Below are positions 21,614 through 30,259 of a DNA stretch of 64,000 nt, piece after piece. Source of the stretch: Candidatus Zambryskiibacteriota bacterium (GTDB taxonomy: Bacteria > Patescibacteriota > Minisyncoccia > Phycocordibacterales > WO2-35-19). Numbering within the stretch: the first letter of the stretch is position 1; every line of letters starts with the position of its first letter. The notes under the pieces are model-generated. The model saw only the letters and a program-made list of their open reading frames with translations. It searched no databases and was not told the origin of the DNA. A program made the position numbers and the translations under genes. The stretch lies in assembly GCA_048499675.1 (NCBI GenBank), contig JASNZL010000001.1, forward strand, positions 58,747 to 122,746. The letters run 5' to 3'.

Positions 21614-22843
21614 TTATTTTTTTAGTATCTTTTTAAGAGCCGAGAACAATTTATCCAAATCAGATTTTTTGGTTTCTCTTCCCATAGTAATTCTAATGGA
21701 TGAATTTTTACATTCTGGTTTACCTATATTTTCTATAACATAAGAAGAATTTTCCAGCGCTAGGTTGTGGCAAGCCGAAGCAGTAGAAACAGCAAATCCA
21801 AGAGTGTCTAATTTTATTACTAAAAATTCCGAGTCTATCTTAGACAAACCCACCTTCGCCAAAGGCTTCGGCGCGCCAAGGCAAACATTAATATTATTTG
21901 GCAACCTAACTTTCGGGTCACCGTTTATTGAAATATTATCAAATTCTTTCAAAACTTTTTCAAAAAAGTAATCTCTTAGTACAGATAGCCGTCTAGACTC
22001 CTTTTCTCTGTTTTTAGTTATTATATCTGTGGCCAGTGCCAAACCAAGTACGGCTGGTACATTTTCTGTCCCCGGTCTTATTTTGTTTTCCTGTCCCCCA
22101 CCAAAAAGAGTCGGTTCAAATTGAGAACCTTTCCTTATAAACAAAACTCCAATACCTCTTGGGCCATACATTTTTATTCCATCAAATACAAGGATGTCTG
22201 CCCCTAATCTTTCTACTGAAACATCTTCATACAAAACACTTTGACTTGCATCTACCAACAAACAAACCTTGTTTGAATTATCAATTTTAAAATTGTCTAT
22301 TGAAGAAGGGTTGAAATCGTGAATTACCTCTTTTATTTTTCTAATCGGTTGAATAGTCCCTATTTCATTGTTTGCATGTTGCACAATTACCAATACTGTA
22401 TTTTCTTTTAATTCCTTCTTAATTGACTCTGGTCTGATAATCCCAGATTCATCAGGACTTACAAAAGATACTTCCACTCTTTTATTATTTAAAAGATATT
22501 TGACTGGCTCAAGTATTGCCGGATGTTCAATTGTGGAAAGTATTATATGAGGAAAAATATTCTTTTTTTCTACAAAATTTATAACTCCAAAAATAGCCAA
22601 ATTCAGACCTTCTGTTCCACCACTAGTAAAATAAACCTCCGATGCTTTTGCGTGAAGAAATTTTGCAATTCTAAACCTAGCATCTTCTAATGCAGACTTA
22701 GCTTCCTCGCCAAAACTGTGTATAGAAGAAGGGTTTCCCCAATATTTTTTGGAGACCCTATCTATTTCTCGTAGAACTTTTGGATCAATTGGTGTAATTG
22801 AGGCATAGTCTAAAAATATTCTTTTTTTATCTCCTTTTGGCAT
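21614..22843 (-). CDS. Cysteine desulfurase (NifS/IscS family, class V aminotransferase).
   Basis: IFLDYASITPIDPKVL...SSIHSFGEEAKSALEDAR. PLP-lysine region KMYGPRGIGVLFIRKG. C-terminal active-site Cys loop SACH. Confidence 0.8.
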   Translation of the reverse strand: MPKGDKKRIFLDYASITPIDPKVLREIDRVSKKYWGNPSSIHSFGEEAKSALEDARFRIAKFLHAKASEVYFTSGGTEGLNLAIFGVINFVEKKNIFPHIILSTIEHPAILEPVKYLLNNKRVEVSFVSPDESGIIRPESIKKELKENTVLVIVQHANNEIGTIQPIRKIKEVIHDFNPSSIDNFKIDNSNKVCLLVDASQSVLYEDVSVERLGADILVFDGIKMYGPRGIGVLFIRKGSQFEPTLFGGGQENKIRPGTENVPAVLGLALATDIITKNREKESRRLSVLRDYFFEKVLKEFDNISINGDPKVRLPNNINVCLGAPKPLAKVGLSKIDSEFLVIKLDTLGFAVSTASACHNLALENSSYVIENIGKPECKNSSIRITMGRETKKSDLDKLFSALKKILKK

Positions 22844-22933
22844 TTCAAGTTTTAGTACTTGGATAATATCATATTTTGTGTATAATATACCAGAATGTCA
22901 ATTTAGGCATCAATCTCTAAATTAACGGAATTT

Positions 22934-24427
22934 ATGGAAGAAAAAAATAGTCAAAACCTAATACAGAGGCCTCCTGTTGTAGTAATAATGGGACACATCG
23001 ACCACGGCAAATCAACACTTCTTGATTATATAAGAAAGGCTAATTCTGTTGACAAAGAAGCCGGTGGAATCACTCAACATATTTCTGCGTACGAAGCAGA
23101 AGTGTTGACTGGTGACCAAAAAAGAACAATTACTTTCCTAGACACTCCGGGGCACGAAGCTTTTTGTTCAATCAGACAAAGAAGCTCAAAGGTGGCAGAC
23201 ATCGCCGTCCTTGTGGTCTCAGCAGAAGACGGAGTCAAACCTCAAACAATAGAAGCTTATAAATGTATTCAATCTGATTCAATACCATTTATAGTTGCAT
23301 TAAACAAAATAGATAAAGCTCCAAACAACGTAGACAAAATAAAACAAAACCTTGCAGAAAATGAAATATTTGTAGAGGGTTGGGGCGGTAGTATTCCAAT
23401 CGTTCCTATTTCTGCAAAAACCGGCCAAGGTGTTCCAGAACTATTAGAAATTATCCTACTTCAATCAGATATGGAGGATCTGAAAGCAAACCCAAAAAAC
23501 AACGGGGAAGGTTTTGTTATTGAATCAGATCTAAATCCAAAACAAGGAATATCAGCAACTCTTGTAATTAAAGATGGCGCGATACAATCGGGAATGTATG
23601 TAGCATGTCCTGGAGCATATGCACCAACAAGAATTATGGAAGATTTTAAAGGTGCTAAAATCTTGAAAGCGACTTTTTCTAGTCCCATCAGAATAACAGG
23701 CTGGTCTAATTCCCCATTAGTAGGAAGCACTTTCAAAACATTTAATACAAAAGAAGAAGCTTCTAAATATTCACTTAGTATTTCAAACAACAGAGAGCAA
23801 ACAGAGGAGATTCTAGAAAACACTGCAGTGCTTCCAATTATTTTAAAAGCAGACACACATGGCTCTCTTGAAGCCGTAATCCATGAATTAAATAAAATAG
23901 GTAGCGATAAAATAATTGCAAAAATTGTATCCAAAGGAATTGGTTCTATAGGAGAATCTGACATCAAAACAGCAAACATCAAAAAAGATATAGTTGTTGG
24001 ATTTAATGTAGGAATTGACAAAAATGCCGAGTCTCTTGCTTTAAGAGAAAATATCGAACATAAAACATTTAAAATTATTTATGAGCTAGTTGATTTCGTC
24101 AAAGAAAGAATGAAAGAAGCAACCCCTGTAACTATGATAGAGACCACAACTGGCGAGGCTAAAATACTAAAAAACTTTAGCAAAACAAAAGACCTACAAG
24201 TAATTGGTGGTAGACTTACAACTGGAATATTAAAAAACAACAGTATAGTAAAAATATTTAGGAGAGATTTCCAAATAGGCGAAGGTAAGGTAAAAGAAAT
24301 CCAGACCCAGAAAATCAAAACAAACGAAGTAAAAGAAGGGGAAGAATTTGGGATGATGATAGACTCCAAAACGGAAATAGTACCCGGAGACATATTGAAG
24401 CAAATATCACTAATAAAAGAAGAATAA
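22934..24427 (+). CDS. infB: Translation initiation factor IF-2 (short form without the N-terminal extension).
   Basis: G-domain VVVIMGHIDHGKSTLLD, DTPGHEAF, ALNKIDK. Followed immediately by rbfA, the conserved infB-rbfA arrangement. Confidence 0.8.
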   Translation: MEEKNSQNLIQRPPVVVIMGHIDHGKSTLLDYIRKANSVDKEAGGITQHISAYEAEVLTGDQKRTITFLDTPGHEAFCSIRQRSSKVADIAVLVVSAEDGVKPQTIEAYKCIQSDSIPFIVALNKIDKAPNNVDKIKQNLAENEIFVEGWGGSIPIVPISAKTGQGVPELLEIILLQSDMEDLKANPKNNGEGFVIESDLNPKQGISATLVIKDGAIQSGMYVACPGAYAPTRIMEDFKGAKILKATFSSPIRITGWSNSPLVGSTFKTFNTKEEASKYSLSISNNREQTEEILENTAVLPIILKADTHGSLEAVIHELNKIGSDKIIAKIVSKGIGSIGESDIKTANIKKDIVVGFNVGIDKNAESLALRENIEHKTFKIIYELVDFVKERMKEATPVTMIETTTGEAKILKNFSKTKDLQVIGGRLTTGILKNNSIVKIFRRDFQIGEGKVKEIQTQKIKTNEVKEGEEFGMMIDSKTEIVPGDILKQISLIKEE

Positions 24428-24428
24428 A

Positions 24429-24767
24429 ATGCATCCTCCTAAAAAATACAAAGACGAAAAATTTGTATCTTTAATCACAAAATTTGCTGGTGAATATTTG
24501 ACGGTTGAATCAGGTTTGAATTCTATGATTACAGTTACTCGTGTTGATGTATTCGATAGAGGCAGGAGAGCTACTATATACTTTACAGTTCTCCCAGAAT
24601 CAGAAGAAGCCAAAGCTTTTGATTTCCTAAAAAGAAAAAGGAGGGATTTTAGAAAGTTTGTGATGTCAAAAAAAACATTCGGCTTTGCTCCAAGTTTTGA
24701 TTTTGAAGTTGACCACGGAGAAAAAAATAGACAAAGAGTTGATAATTTACTTATGGAAAGCAATTGA
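24429..24767 (+). CDS. rbfA: Ribosome-binding factor A.
   Basis: 112 aa. Position directly after infB. ITVTRVDVFDRGRRATIYFTV is an RbfA-like KH fold. Confidence 0.6.
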   Translation: MHPPKKYKDEKFVSLITKFAGEYLTVESGLNSMITVTRVDVFDRGRRATIYFTVLPESEEAKAFDFLKRKRRDFRKFVMSKKTFGFAPSFDFEVDHGEKNRQRVDNLLMESN

Positions 24768-24808
24768 AATAAAATTAGAAAAACTGTAAGCTAAAATATG
24801 TCGGTATT

Positions 24809-24880
24809 GGGCGTCGTGGCCAAGTGGTAAGGCATGAGTCTGCAAAACTCTTATACGCGGGTTCGATTCCCGCCGACGCC
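24809..24880 (+). tRNA. tRNA-Cys (anticodon GCA).
   Basis: GGCGTCGTGGCCAAGTGGTAAGGCATGAGTCTGCAAAACTCTTATACGCGGGTTCGATTCCCGCCGACGCCT. Anticodon loop CTGCAAA; 72 nt. Confidence 0.8.
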
Positions 24881-24919
24881 TCATTTATTAAGTATGAAAA
24901 TACATAATAAATAATATAT

Positions 24920-25004
24920 GCCCGAGTGGCGGAATTGGTATACGCAGTCGACTTAAAATCGGCGGCCGTAAGGCTTGTGGGTTCAAGTCCCACCTCGGGC
25001 ACCA
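24920..25004 (+). tRNA. tRNA-Leu (anticodon TAA) with a long variable arm and encoded CCA.
   Basis: GCCCGAGTGGCGGAATTGGTA...GTCGACTTAAAATCGGC...GGGTTCAAGTCCCACCTCGGGCACCA. Its 3' end is the att site of the downstream element. Confidence 0.85.
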
Positions 25005-25160
25005 GAATGGAACTTAACGGTTTTTCGGAGACCGAATTGTGGGCGGCGCAAAGCGCCGCCCACTGATTTCCCCCCATTTTTCCAAACGAATTTGGAGCGT
25101 CGCCTTCGGCGACGCGCACTTTTCTTTCGGCGAGGAGGAGGTGCGAATCAGAAGCAATTT
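24997..25160. repeat. IR-a, left copy. A ~165-bp perfect inverted repeat that includes the att core (tRNA-Leu 3' end) plus ~130 bp of downstream sequence.
   Basis: The reverse complement of 26695..26860 is identical to 24997..25160 by direct comparison (accagaatggaacttaacggtttttcggagaccgaattgtgggcggcgcaaagcgccgcc...gaggaggaggtgcga). Confidence 0.8.
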
Positions 25161-25237
25161 GATTCATAGTATTTGCTTTACAAAAAGAATTTTTGCTATA
25201 ATGAATTTGCGTTCAACTTTTCGGGTCGTCTTTTTTA

Positions 25238-26890
25238 ATGGCCGTCCTAGCCAATTCGAGGCGACTTGAGTTGAACGCACTAGGGCGGCCATTTAAGTTG
25301 AGCGCAAAATATATGGAAAAACAAAAATTCTTTTTGTATGCTCGCAAGTCAACTGATGTCGAGGACAAGCAGGTTCTTTCGATTGAAGCACAACTCACCG
25401 AATTGCGGGCGTATGCACGCGAGAATAATTTGGAAATTTCCGCCGAAATAGTGGAAAAGCAATCTGCAAAATATCCGGGTCGCCCTTTGTTCAACAAGAT
25501 GATGGATGACATTGAAAAGAACGGCGGAAATATTCTCGCGTGGAATCCCGATCGTCTCGCCCGCAATTCGGTGGACGGAGGAAGGATTATTTATCTCCTC
25601 GACACAGGGAAACTTGTGAGCCTAAAATTTCCAACATTTTGGTGCGACAACACATCGCAGGGGAAATTTATGTTGAATATGGCATTTGGCCAAAGCAAAT
25701 ACTATGTGGATTCTCTTTCCGAAAATACGAAACGCGGACTTCGCCAAAAAGTAAGAATGGGTATATTTCCAAGTCAAGCGCCTTTGGGATATCTCAACGA
25801 TTCGAGAACAAAGACGATTGTTGTAGAAAAGAAAAAATCTCGCATTGTGCGCTTGGCTTTTGAGAGATATGTCAAAGGTAATCAACGGCTAGAAGATATT
25901 GCCGAATTTTTGGCGAAGTCCGGCGTTACAACCAGAACCGGAAGGAGAATCTCCAAAACTAGAGCGTCTTTTATCCTTTCCAATCCGTTCTATATCGGAC
26001 TATTCAAATATGGCGGTGAAATCCACGAAGGAAAGCACGAACCAATCATTTCAAAGAAACTTTTTGACGAAGCGCAAGAAATGCTACGCAAGCGCGGACA
26101 ACCTGAACGCAAGCCACAGAATGAACCACAACCTTTCTGTGGTCTCATTTCCTGCGCTTCTTGCGGAATGATGATAACTGCCGAGAACAAAACGAAGCGA
26201 CAGAAGAATGGCAATGTTCATCACTATATTTACTATCGTTGTACCAAAAAGAGAAAAGATTTTAAGTGTAACGAGCTGTCGCTTCGTTCTGAAGAAGTAG
26301 ACAAGCAGTTATCATCTCTCATTCAAAAAGTTTCTTTGCCCAAAGACTGGGCGGAAGAATTATTGAAAATGGCGGAAAATGACCACAAAAAATCCGCCCA
26401 GTCTTTGACTGCTTGCGTGAAAGAAAAAGAGGAAATGATTTCTTCTCTCTCGCAAAAACTGGAGCGACTTCTTAATGGCTATCTCGACCAAATAATTGAT
26501 CAAGTGGACTATACTTCACAGAAATCAAAACTGTTATCTGAAAAGAAGTCGCTCGAAGAAGAAATCTTTACTTTTTCACACAAGCAGAATGATTGGCTCG
26601 CACCCTTTCAATCTTGGCTAAAATACGCTCAATCCTTGGACAAAATTGCTTCTGATTCAGACCTTTTTGCTAAAAAGGTCTGGGCCAAAGAAATCTTTGG
26701 CTCGCACCTCCTCCTCGCCGAAAGAAAAGTGCGCGTCGCCGAAGGCGACGCTCCAAATTCGTTTGGAAAAATGGGGGGAAATCAGTGGGCGGCGCTTTGC
26801 GCCGCCCACAATTCGGTCTCCGAAAAACCGTTAAGTTCCATTCTGGTGTCTTTATTTTACCAAGCTCGCACCTTTTTTCAAAATCGGTGA
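25238..26890 (+). CDS. Large serine recombinase (resolvase/invertase catalytic domain, recombinase domain, zinc ribbon and coiled-coil).
   Basis: N-terminus YARKSTDVEDKQVLSIEAQLTELRAYAREN contains the catalytic Ser. Zinc-ribbon CGLISCASCGM...YYRCTKKRKDFKC. ~480-550 aa. The last ~60 codons run into inverted repeat IR-a', so the true stop may lie earlier. Confidence 0.8.
   Translation: MAVLANSRRLELNALGRPFKLSAKYMEKQKFFLYARKSTDVEDKQVLSIEAQLTELRAYARENNLEISAEIVEKQSAKYPGRPLFNKMMDDIEKNGGNILAWNPDRLARNSVDGGRIIYLLDTGKLVSLKFPTFWCDNTSQGKFMLNMAFGQSKYYVDSLSENTKRGLRQKVRMGIFPSQAPLGYLNDSRTKTIVVEKKKSRIVRLAFERYVKGNQRLEDIAEFLAKSGVTTRTGRRISKTRASFILSNPFYIGLFKYGGEIHEGKHEPIISKKLFDEAQEMLRKRGQPERKPQNEPQPFCGLISCASCGMMITAENKTKRQKNGNVHHYIYYRCTKKRKDFKCNELSLRSEEVDKQLSSLIQKVSLPKDWAEELLKMAENDHKKSAQSLTACVKEKEEMISSLSQKLERLLNGYLDQIIDQVDYTSQKSKLLSEKKSLEEEIFTFSHKQNDWLAPFQSWLKYAQSLDKIASDSDLFAKKVWAKEIFGSHLLLAERKVRVAEGDAPNSFGKMGGNQWAALCAAHNSVSEKPLSSILVSLFYQARTFFQNR
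26695..26860. repeat. IR-a', the inverted copy of the att-core region on the distal side of the recombinase gene.
   Basis: See IR-a. It contains the inverted att core aaaaaccgttaagttccattctggtgtc. Confidence 0.8.
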
Positions 26891-27262
26891 TGTTTCGCAC
26901 GCTCCACGCGCCTTGTGATTTGCAACCGCCAACTACGCTCGGCAACACCAAAGAAAAATGTCTCTTACAACTTTGGTTTTCGCGCAGGATTTTTCTGAAA
27001 AAGGAAAGGATATTTTTCTTTGGTGTTCTGCCCTCAATGCTTCGGGCAGGTGGCGGGGCTACTATGCGGACTCGGTTTTGCCAAACTATTTTTCTGGGGA
27101 TTTGGATTTGGCAAAACCTCGGCTGAATGTTGCCCGCCCGCAGAAAGGGGTCTGGGGAATGAATGCGGGCGGGCTTGTATAAAACCCAAAATTGTGGTAT
27201 GAGTATGGCAGAAGAAATCCTGGTGGATTTCTGAAAATTGCACATTTACAACCCAAAAAGGA
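26862..27262. repeat. IR-b, left copy. A ~400-bp inverted repeat whose inner end carries an SD sequence and an ATG-GAA start, ending at the first cargo gene.
   Basis: The reverse complement is identical to 32945..33356. The inner end reads ...acccaaaaaggaggtgaattATGGAAtgg, and the mirrored copy ...ccattATGGAAtcc on the other side. Confidence 0.8.
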
Positions 27263-27270
27263 GGTGAATT

Positions 27271-28008
27271 ATGGAATGGTTTCATCGCCTATACTTCGGT
27301 ACGTGGCAACTTAGCGGGCAGTTTAAGAACCTGTCTCCTGCCTACATCGAATCGCTACTACTTTTCGCCATCAGCTCCGGTATTCGTCGTTTTGATACGG
27401 CGGCCGTCTATGGTGGAGGCAAGGTAGAGGAGATGCTCGGCGCATTCTTGCCGGAAGATGCAGTCATTGTGACCAAAATTCCGGCAATCAAAAAACCCAA
27501 GCTTGAAGTCGCTGCACCAATTAATGGATTCTATACACCAGATCATCTTGATCGAGGTGTTGAGGGTTCGTTACGTCGACTCAAGAGAACACAACTCGAT
27601 ACTGTCTTGTTGCACAACTGGCTGCCATCTTGGTCGTCAGATGCAAGCAACATTCTTCATCATCTACAAGGTATGAAGAGCAAAGGCATTGTCCGTAGAG
27701 TAGGTATTTCTCTGCCGAATGATTTCTCTGCGCACATCGATGATGAGGTTCTACCTCTTATTGATGTGGTTGAAGCCCCTTACAACCCAGATCAGAAATG
27801 GGTGCTTGAACAGCTCCCAAACTTCATTGATTTAGGAAGGGAAGTGCTTCTGAGGAGTTTATTCGATCAAGGGAAGCTGCTCGCTGCATACTCCGCGGAA
27901 TCGCTTGTCGCTGACGCAGCGAAACTCGGAACATCCGTGGTTATTGGCATGACGACGGAAAATCAGGTAACACAAAACATCAACCACCTGAAAGGAGAAA
28001 CCCAGTGA
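27271..28008 (+). CDS. Aldo/keto reductase family oxidoreductase.
   Basis: 245 aa. RRFDTAAVYGGGKVEEMLGAFL is a typical AKR N-terminal motif. The gene is GC-rich. Confidence 0.55.
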   Translation: MEWFHRLYFGTWQLSGQFKNLSPAYIESLLLFAISSGIRRFDTAAVYGGGKVEEMLGAFLPEDAVIVTKIPAIKKPKLEVAAPINGFYTPDHLDRGVEGSLRRLKRTQLDTVLLHNWLPSWSSDASNILHHLQGMKSKGIVRRVGISLPNDFSAHIDDEVLPLIDVVEAPYNPDQKWVLEQLPNFIDLGREVLLRSLFDQGKLLAAYSAESLVADAAKLGTSVVIGMTTENQVTQNINHLKGETQ

Positions 28009-28916
28009 ACAAAAACCGGAATGCCGAAATTCTTGCTCACCTGAACGATTCTGTTGTTGTTCAGAACATCATCGTCCGTCATCGCGTCAAACAGATCACC
28101 AGACGATTCTTCTGTTCTCATGGCTTCATCGAAGTGGATACTCCCATCTTGGGGGATCCTCTAGATGAATATACAACGAGCCATTTTGCCGTTCGAGGCA
28201 GAGGAGGTTCGTACGCTCTTCCGCAGTCGCCACAGCTGTACAAACAACTGGCTGTAATCTCCTCGTTGGAGAAATACTTTCAGTTTCCGCATTGTTTCCG
28301 CGACGAAGAGTACGATCCGAGAAGAACTGATCAGTCGCCGGAGTTCATGCAAATTGACTTCGAACTGCGCACAACAAGTGTCGCTGAAGTCAGAACCATT
28401 GCAGAAAACCTAATGAAGAAGATCTGTGACGAATTGGGCAGTCAATGCTCAGTGCCGTTCCCGACAATCGATGCTGTCGAGTGTGTCCAGAAATACGGAA
28501 CTGACAAGCCGGATATGAGGCAATCTCCAGAGGAGTATGCTTTCCTATGGGTTGTTGACTTCCCGCTTGTGGAAACCACGGAAGGCGGAAAGTCCAAGCC
28601 GACACATCACCCCTTCGCTTTGCCTATTTTTGAAGGTGAGAACCTTCCTGAAGATCTAAGCGCGGTTCGTACTGCTTCTTACGATCTCGTGTTAAACGGC
28701 ATGGAGATTGGGGGTGGTGATTTGCGAATTCACTCAGAGAATTTGCAAAGAGAAGTCATCAGACAATTGGGCTTCAATGAGGATCAATTCGCACTTCTTC
28801 TTGAGGCGCTTAGTACGGAAACGACACCACCCCACGGAGGAATGGCAATTGGACTCGATCGGCTCGTGATGCAACTCACGCGGACGAAAAAAATCAACGA
28901 CGTCAACTTCTTTTGA
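28005..28916 (+). CDS. Truncated bacterial-type aspartyl-tRNA synthetase catalytic core (class IIb). It lacks the N-terminal anticodon-binding OB domain and the GAD insertion domain, making it an AspRS-like paralog.
   Basis: YALPQSPQLYKQLAVISSLEKYFQFPHCFRDEEYDPRRTDQSPEFMQIDFE matches AspRS motif 2 (ALPQSPQLFKQ...CFRDEDLRADRQPEFTQID). Motif 3 is PPHGGMAIGLDRLVMQLT. Only 303 aa. Confidence 0.65.
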   Translation: MNKNRNAEILAHLNDSVVVQNIIVRHRVKQITRRFFCSHGFIEVDTPILGDPLDEYTTSHFAVRGRGGSYALPQSPQLYKQLAVISSLEKYFQFPHCFRDEEYDPRRTDQSPEFMQIDFELRTTSVAEVRTIAENLMKKICDELGSQCSVPFPTIDAVECVQKYGTDKPDMRQSPEEYAFLWVVDFPLVETTEGGKSKPTHHPFALPIFEGENLPEDLSAVRTASYDLVLNGMEIGGGDLRIHSENLQREVIRQLGFNEDQFALLLEALSTETTPPHGGMAIGLDRLVMQLTRTKKINDVNFF

Positions 28917-28929
28917 AAAGGAGCTAAAA

Positions 28930-30237
28930 ATGCAACGAGCATTGATCAAAGAACTCGGATCCAAGATCGGCGAGACCGTTCGGATCTGCGGATGGGTGGG
29001 ATCGCTCCGCGATCAAAAGCGGATGCAGTTCCTTATTGTCCGTGACCACACCGGCAGTGCACAGGTAGTGCATGAAAAGTCGGCAAACGCCGAACTAACG
29101 GAAGCAATTGCCGGCCTCACGTCCGAAAGCGCAGTGGAAATCATCGGCAAGGTTATTGCCAATCCGGTGGTCAAGCTGGGCGGACTGGAGGTGGTGGCCA
29201 AGTCGGTGAACGTCGTCAGCAAAGCGGAAGCGCTTCTGCCGTTCGGCGAGAATCCGACTAGCGAAACCAGGCTGGATTGGAGATTCCTGGATCTGCGTAC
29301 TCCGCAGAACCTGCTCGTCTTCAAAATCCAGACAGCGGCCGAGCATGCCATGCGTTCGTTCTGGACAGCGGAGGGGTTCATCGAGATGCACTCCCCGAAG
29401 TTCATGGGCAGTGCAAGCGAGTCCGGCGCGGAGCTCTTCGAGGTGAAGTACTTCGATCGCAAAGCGTATCTCGCTCAGTCGCCTCAGTTCTACAAACAGA
29501 TGGCGATGGCGGCGGGGTTCGACCGTGTGTTCGAGATTGGACCGGTTTTCCGAGCCAATCCGTCTTTCACTTCGCGACACGACACGGAGTTCACCAGCGT
29601 GGACGTCGAAATCTCGTGGGTTGACTCTCACGAGGACGTCATGCAGCTTGAGGAGCGTTGGCTTCGTCACGTGCTTCAGGTGGTGAAAGCCGAGTACGGC
29701 GAGGAAATCAAGGCGACGTTCGGCACGGAGATCGTGGTCCCCGAGCTTCCGTTCCCGCGCGTGACTATGGAAGAGGCATACAACATCCTCGACCAGATGG
29801 GTCACCGCATCGAGCGAGGCGAGAAGGGTGACCTCGATCCGGAGGGTGAGCGGCTCTTGTGTCGGCACTTCCACGATAAGACCGGCCACGAGTTCGTCTT
29901 CGTCACCGAGTATCCTGCTGTGGTCCGGGCGTTCTACCACATGCGTCCCGAAGGCAAACCCAATCTCACCAAGAGCTTCGACCTTCTCTGGAAGGGGCTT
30001 GAAGTGACAACAGGAGCGCAACGGGAGCATCGCTACGAGATCCTGGTGGAGCAAGCCAAGGAGAAGGGGCTCTCGCTTGAACCCATCCAGTACTATCTGG
30101 ACTTCTTCCGCTACGGCTGTCCGCCGCACGGCGGCTACGGCTTCGGCCTCACCCGCATGCTCATGGTGATGCTGGGCGCGAAAAGCGTGCGCGAGGTGAC
30201 GTACCTCTACCGAGGCGTCAACCGACTCACTCCGTAA
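28930..30237 (+). CDS. Aspartyl- or asparaginyl-tRNA synthetase, archaeal/eukaryal-type class IIb (435 aa, N-terminal OB anticodon-binding domain plus catalytic core).
   Basis: N-terminal VRICGWVGSLRDQKRMQFLIVRDHTGSAQVV is an OB fold. SPQFYKQMAMAAGFDRVFEIGPVFRANPSFTSRHDTEFTSVDVE is motif 2. GCPPHGGYGFGLTRMLM is motif 3. Confidence 0.7.
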   Translation: MQRALIKELGSKIGETVRICGWVGSLRDQKRMQFLIVRDHTGSAQVVHEKSANAELTEAIAGLTSESAVEIIGKVIANPVVKLGGLEVVAKSVNVVSKAEALLPFGENPTSETRLDWRFLDLRTPQNLLVFKIQTAAEHAMRSFWTAEGFIEMHSPKFMGSASESGAELFEVKYFDRKAYLAQSPQFYKQMAMAAGFDRVFEIGPVFRANPSFTSRHDTEFTSVDVEISWVDSHEDVMQLEERWLRHVLQVVKAEYGEEIKATFGTEIVVPELPFPRVTMEEAYNILDQMGHRIERGEKGDLDPEGERLLCRHFHDKTGHEFVFVTEYPAVVRAFYHMRPEGKPNLTKSFDLLWKGLEVTTGAQREHRYEILVEQAKEKGLSLEPIQYYLDFFRYGCPPHGGYGFGLTRMLMVMLGAKSVREVTYLYRGVNRLTP

Positions 30238-30259
30238 CAAAAGGGGTAGGGCAGATGCT

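Noticed and set aside
24775-25169. ORFs 24775..25167 (-) and 24975..25169 (+) overlapping tRNA-Cys and tRNA-Leu.
   Set aside because: They run straight through two tRNA genes and the att/IR-a region. They are spurious.
26670-27285. Several 60-190-aa ORFs inside IR-b and their mirror images at 32962-33499 (MCNFQKSTRISS..., MSLTTLVFAQ..., MVFCPQCFGQ...).
   Set aside because: They are identical only because the DNA is an inverted repeat. They are Pro/Arg-rich with no motifs and overlap one another in several frames. A small real gene in the repeat cannot be excluded, but there is no support for it.
29095-30240. 381-aa ORF on the minus strand, antisense to the AspRS/AsnRS gene.
   Set aside because: It lies entirely inside a GC-rich coding region where long spurious antisense ORFs are expected. 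The sense strand has clear class-II aaRS motifs. The translation is Arg/Ala/His-rich low complexity.
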